Of a stretch of 55,177 bases of DNA, positions 53,382 to 55,177 are shown in pieces (within the stretch, counting starts at the first letter, position 1; each line of letters begins with the position of its first letter). Both the position numbers and the translations under genes were made by a program. This stretch comes from Comamonadaceae bacterium. Its GTDB lineage: Bacteria; Pseudomonadota; Gammaproteobacteria; Burkholderiales; Burkholderiaceae_C. Location: positions 1-55,177 of the forward strand of contig JBAXNI010000001.1 in assembly GCA_037133835.1 (NCBI GenBank). The letters run 5' to 3'. The notes under the pieces are model-generated. The model worked only from the letters and a program-made list of their open reading frames with translations, was not told the origin of the DNA and searched no databases.

Positions 53382-55177
53382 ATGCCTGCTCAAAACTCCA
53401 AGAAGCCCGTTCAATCCACTGCGCGGTCTGGCACCAAAGTCAAACCCAAGGCAGTAGCCAAATCCGCCCCTGCAAAAGGCGCAGCCAAGACAACTGCCAA
53501 ACATGGCGCGAAGGCAAGTGAATCAAGCGCAAAGGCTACCCCCTCTGCCAAGCCTAACAGCAGAATTGCTGCTACAGAAGTAAAAAAGGCCTCCCCTATC
53601 GCGCCTGCAGTCGAACCGGTTCTGAAGAAAAGGCCGGGGCGTCCGCCAAAAACCGCCGTCCCTCAAGTTGGTCCGACAGCCACGACCGGCGCCAAACGCG
53701 GCCGCAAACCAAAACTCGCAGCGTCGTCTAGCGTCATAGACAACCAGGACATGGCCGATATCGAGGCAGACTTGGCAGGAGAGCCAATCGTAGCCGGTGA
53801 GAAAGTCAAGCCCCTTCGCATGAAGATCAGCAAAGCTAAAGAGCGCGCGCTGATGAAAGAGTTTGGCCTCGATGAAACTGTGCTGTCAGAGGAGGATATT
53901 GCCAAACGCCGCCTGCGCCTGAAGGCGCTGATCAAACTGGGCAAGACGCGCGGATACCTGACCCATGGAGAGATTTCAGATCACCTTCCCGACAAACTGG
54001 TGGATGCAGAAACTCTCGAAGTCGTTATCTCCATGCTCAACGACATGGGGGTCGCCGTCTATGAACAGACTCCCGACGCAGAGACTCTGCTCTTGAACAA
54101 CAACGGCCCGACCGCTGCAACCGAAGAGGAAGCCGAGGAAGAGGCCGAGGCCGCCCTTTCCACTGTGGACAGTGAATTTGGTCGGACAACCGATCCGGTG
54201 CGCATGTACATGCGCGAAATGGGAACCGTCGAACTATTGACGCGCGAGGGCGAGATCGAAATCGCCAAGCGCATTGAAGGTGGTCTGATGGCCATGATGG
54301 AGGCGATCTCTGCTTCCCCGGCCACCATTGCCGAGATCCTGCGTCTGGGTGAAGACATTCGTGAAGGCAAGGTCGTCATCACCACGGTTGTGGATGGATT
54401 CTCCAACCCCAACGAAGCCGATGACTATGTGGCAGAAGAGGATTTCGACGAGTTTGACGCCGCTGACGATGACGACGGCAAGGGTGGCTCCAAAGCGTTG
54501 ACGAAGAAACTCGAAGAGCTCAAGCGCGAGGCGATCAGCCGGTTTGACAAGTTGCGGGACCTGTTTGAAAAGATTCACAAGATCTATGACAGGGAAGGCT
54601 ACGGTTCACCCAGCTACATCAAGACGCAGAAATTGTTGAGCGAAGAGTTGATGTCAATTCGCTTTACCGCGAAAGCGATCGAAAAATTGTGCGACATGGT
54701 GCGCGCTCAGGTCGACGACATACGCAAGAAGGAGCGCGAACTACGCCGGATCATCGTTGACAAATGCGGTTACCCGCAAGAACAGTTTATCGCCAACTTC
54801 AGTGGTCGGGACAAGCATGGAAACCGGGTCCCAAGCCAGTTGCTGAATCTGAAATGGATCGAAAAGCAAACCACGCTCGGCAAGCCGTGGAGTGCCATCA
54901 TGGGGCGCAACATCCCGCCAGTTCAGGACTTGCAACAGAAGTTGACTGACTTGCAAGCTCGCGTCGTGGTACCTCTGGATCAACTCAAGGACATCAACAA
55001 GCGCATGAATGAGGGTGAGTCGTCCTCACGTGCAGCCAAGAAGGAAATGATCGAGGCCAACCTGCGCCTGGTTATTTCGATCGCAAAAAAGTACACCAAT
55101 CGCGGCCTGCAGTTTCTGGACCTGATCCAGGAAGGCAACATCGGCCTGATGAAAGCGGTCGACAAGTTCGAATACCG
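53382..55177 (+). CDS. rpoD: RNA polymerase primary sigma factor (3' truncated by the window edge; missing from the ORF track)
   Basis: Hand translation from ATG 53382 (MPAQNSKK...): region 1.1 [12 protein letters not shown], region 1.2 [15 protein letters not shown], region 2 [41 protein letters not shown]. Confidence 0.97.
   Translation, partial: MPAQNSKKPVQSTARSGTKVKPKAVAKSAPAKGAAKTTAKHGAKASESSAKATPSAKPNSRIAATEVKKASPIAPAVEPVLKKRPGRPPKTAVPQVGPTATTGAKRGRKPKLAASSSVIDNQDMADIEADLAGEPIVAGEKVKPLRMKISKAKERALMKEFGLDETVLSEEDIAKRRLRLKALIKLGKTRGYLTHGEISDHLPDKLVDAETLEVVISMLNDMGVAVYEQTPDAETLLLNNNGPTAATEEEAEEEAEAALSTVDSEFGRTTDPVRMYMREMGTVELLTREGEIEIAKRIEGGLMAMMEAISASPATIAEILRLGEDIREGKVVITTVVDGFSNPNEADDYVAEEDFDEFDAADDDDGKGGSKALTKKLEELKREAISRFDKLRDLFEKIHKIYDREGYGSPSYIKTQKLLSEELMSIRFTAKAIEKLCDMVRAQVDDIRKKERELRRIIVDKCGYPQEQFIANFSGRDKHGNRVPSQLLNLKWIEKQTTLGKPWSAIMGRNIPPVQDLQQKLTDLQARVVVPLDQLKDINKRMNEGESSSRAAKKEMIEANLRLVISIAKKYTNRGLQFLDLIQEGNIGLMKAVDKFEY

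Overview
A 55-kb chromosomal window that is almost entirely core genome. Gene content and protein sequences point to a betaproteobacterium, probably Comamonadaceae (inference). Left to right: 5' end of tRNA-Ala; the minus-strand folC-dedD-cvpA-purF-metZ-gltX run; argG; a small lower-GC insert (inverted-repeat element plus a DUF6176-like gene) and an NDUFA9-like epimerase; ppnP, murB, yajQ and a degenerate HD-GYP gene; rlmE-ftsH-folP-glmM-GNAT; yhbY; a ~20.6-kb minus-strand run rpsB-tsf-pyrH-frr-uppS-cdsA-dxr-rseP-bamA-skp-lpxD-fabZ-lpxA-lpxB-rnhB-trmH-like-carA-carB-greA-DUF4149; amidase, DadA-like, MBL-fold and nnr genes; an SDR; rnr head-to-head with tRNA-Leu(CAG); phaR-rimO; tRNA-Val(GAC); an HSD10-like SDR; dnaG; and a partial rpoD that the ORF track misses. 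I found no integrase, transposase, phage gene, CRISPR array or defence system, and I cannot claim a large novel system. The best leads are small-scale: a structured carA leader with a palindrome over its predicted +1, yajQ paired with a catalytically degenerate HD-GYP protein, an rnr 5' UTR that may be antisense to a whole tRNA, AT-hook motifs on RpoD, and several probably leaderless genes including dnaG. Several start codons were moved from the ORF-track starts by eye. All family assignments come from motif recognition, not database searches.
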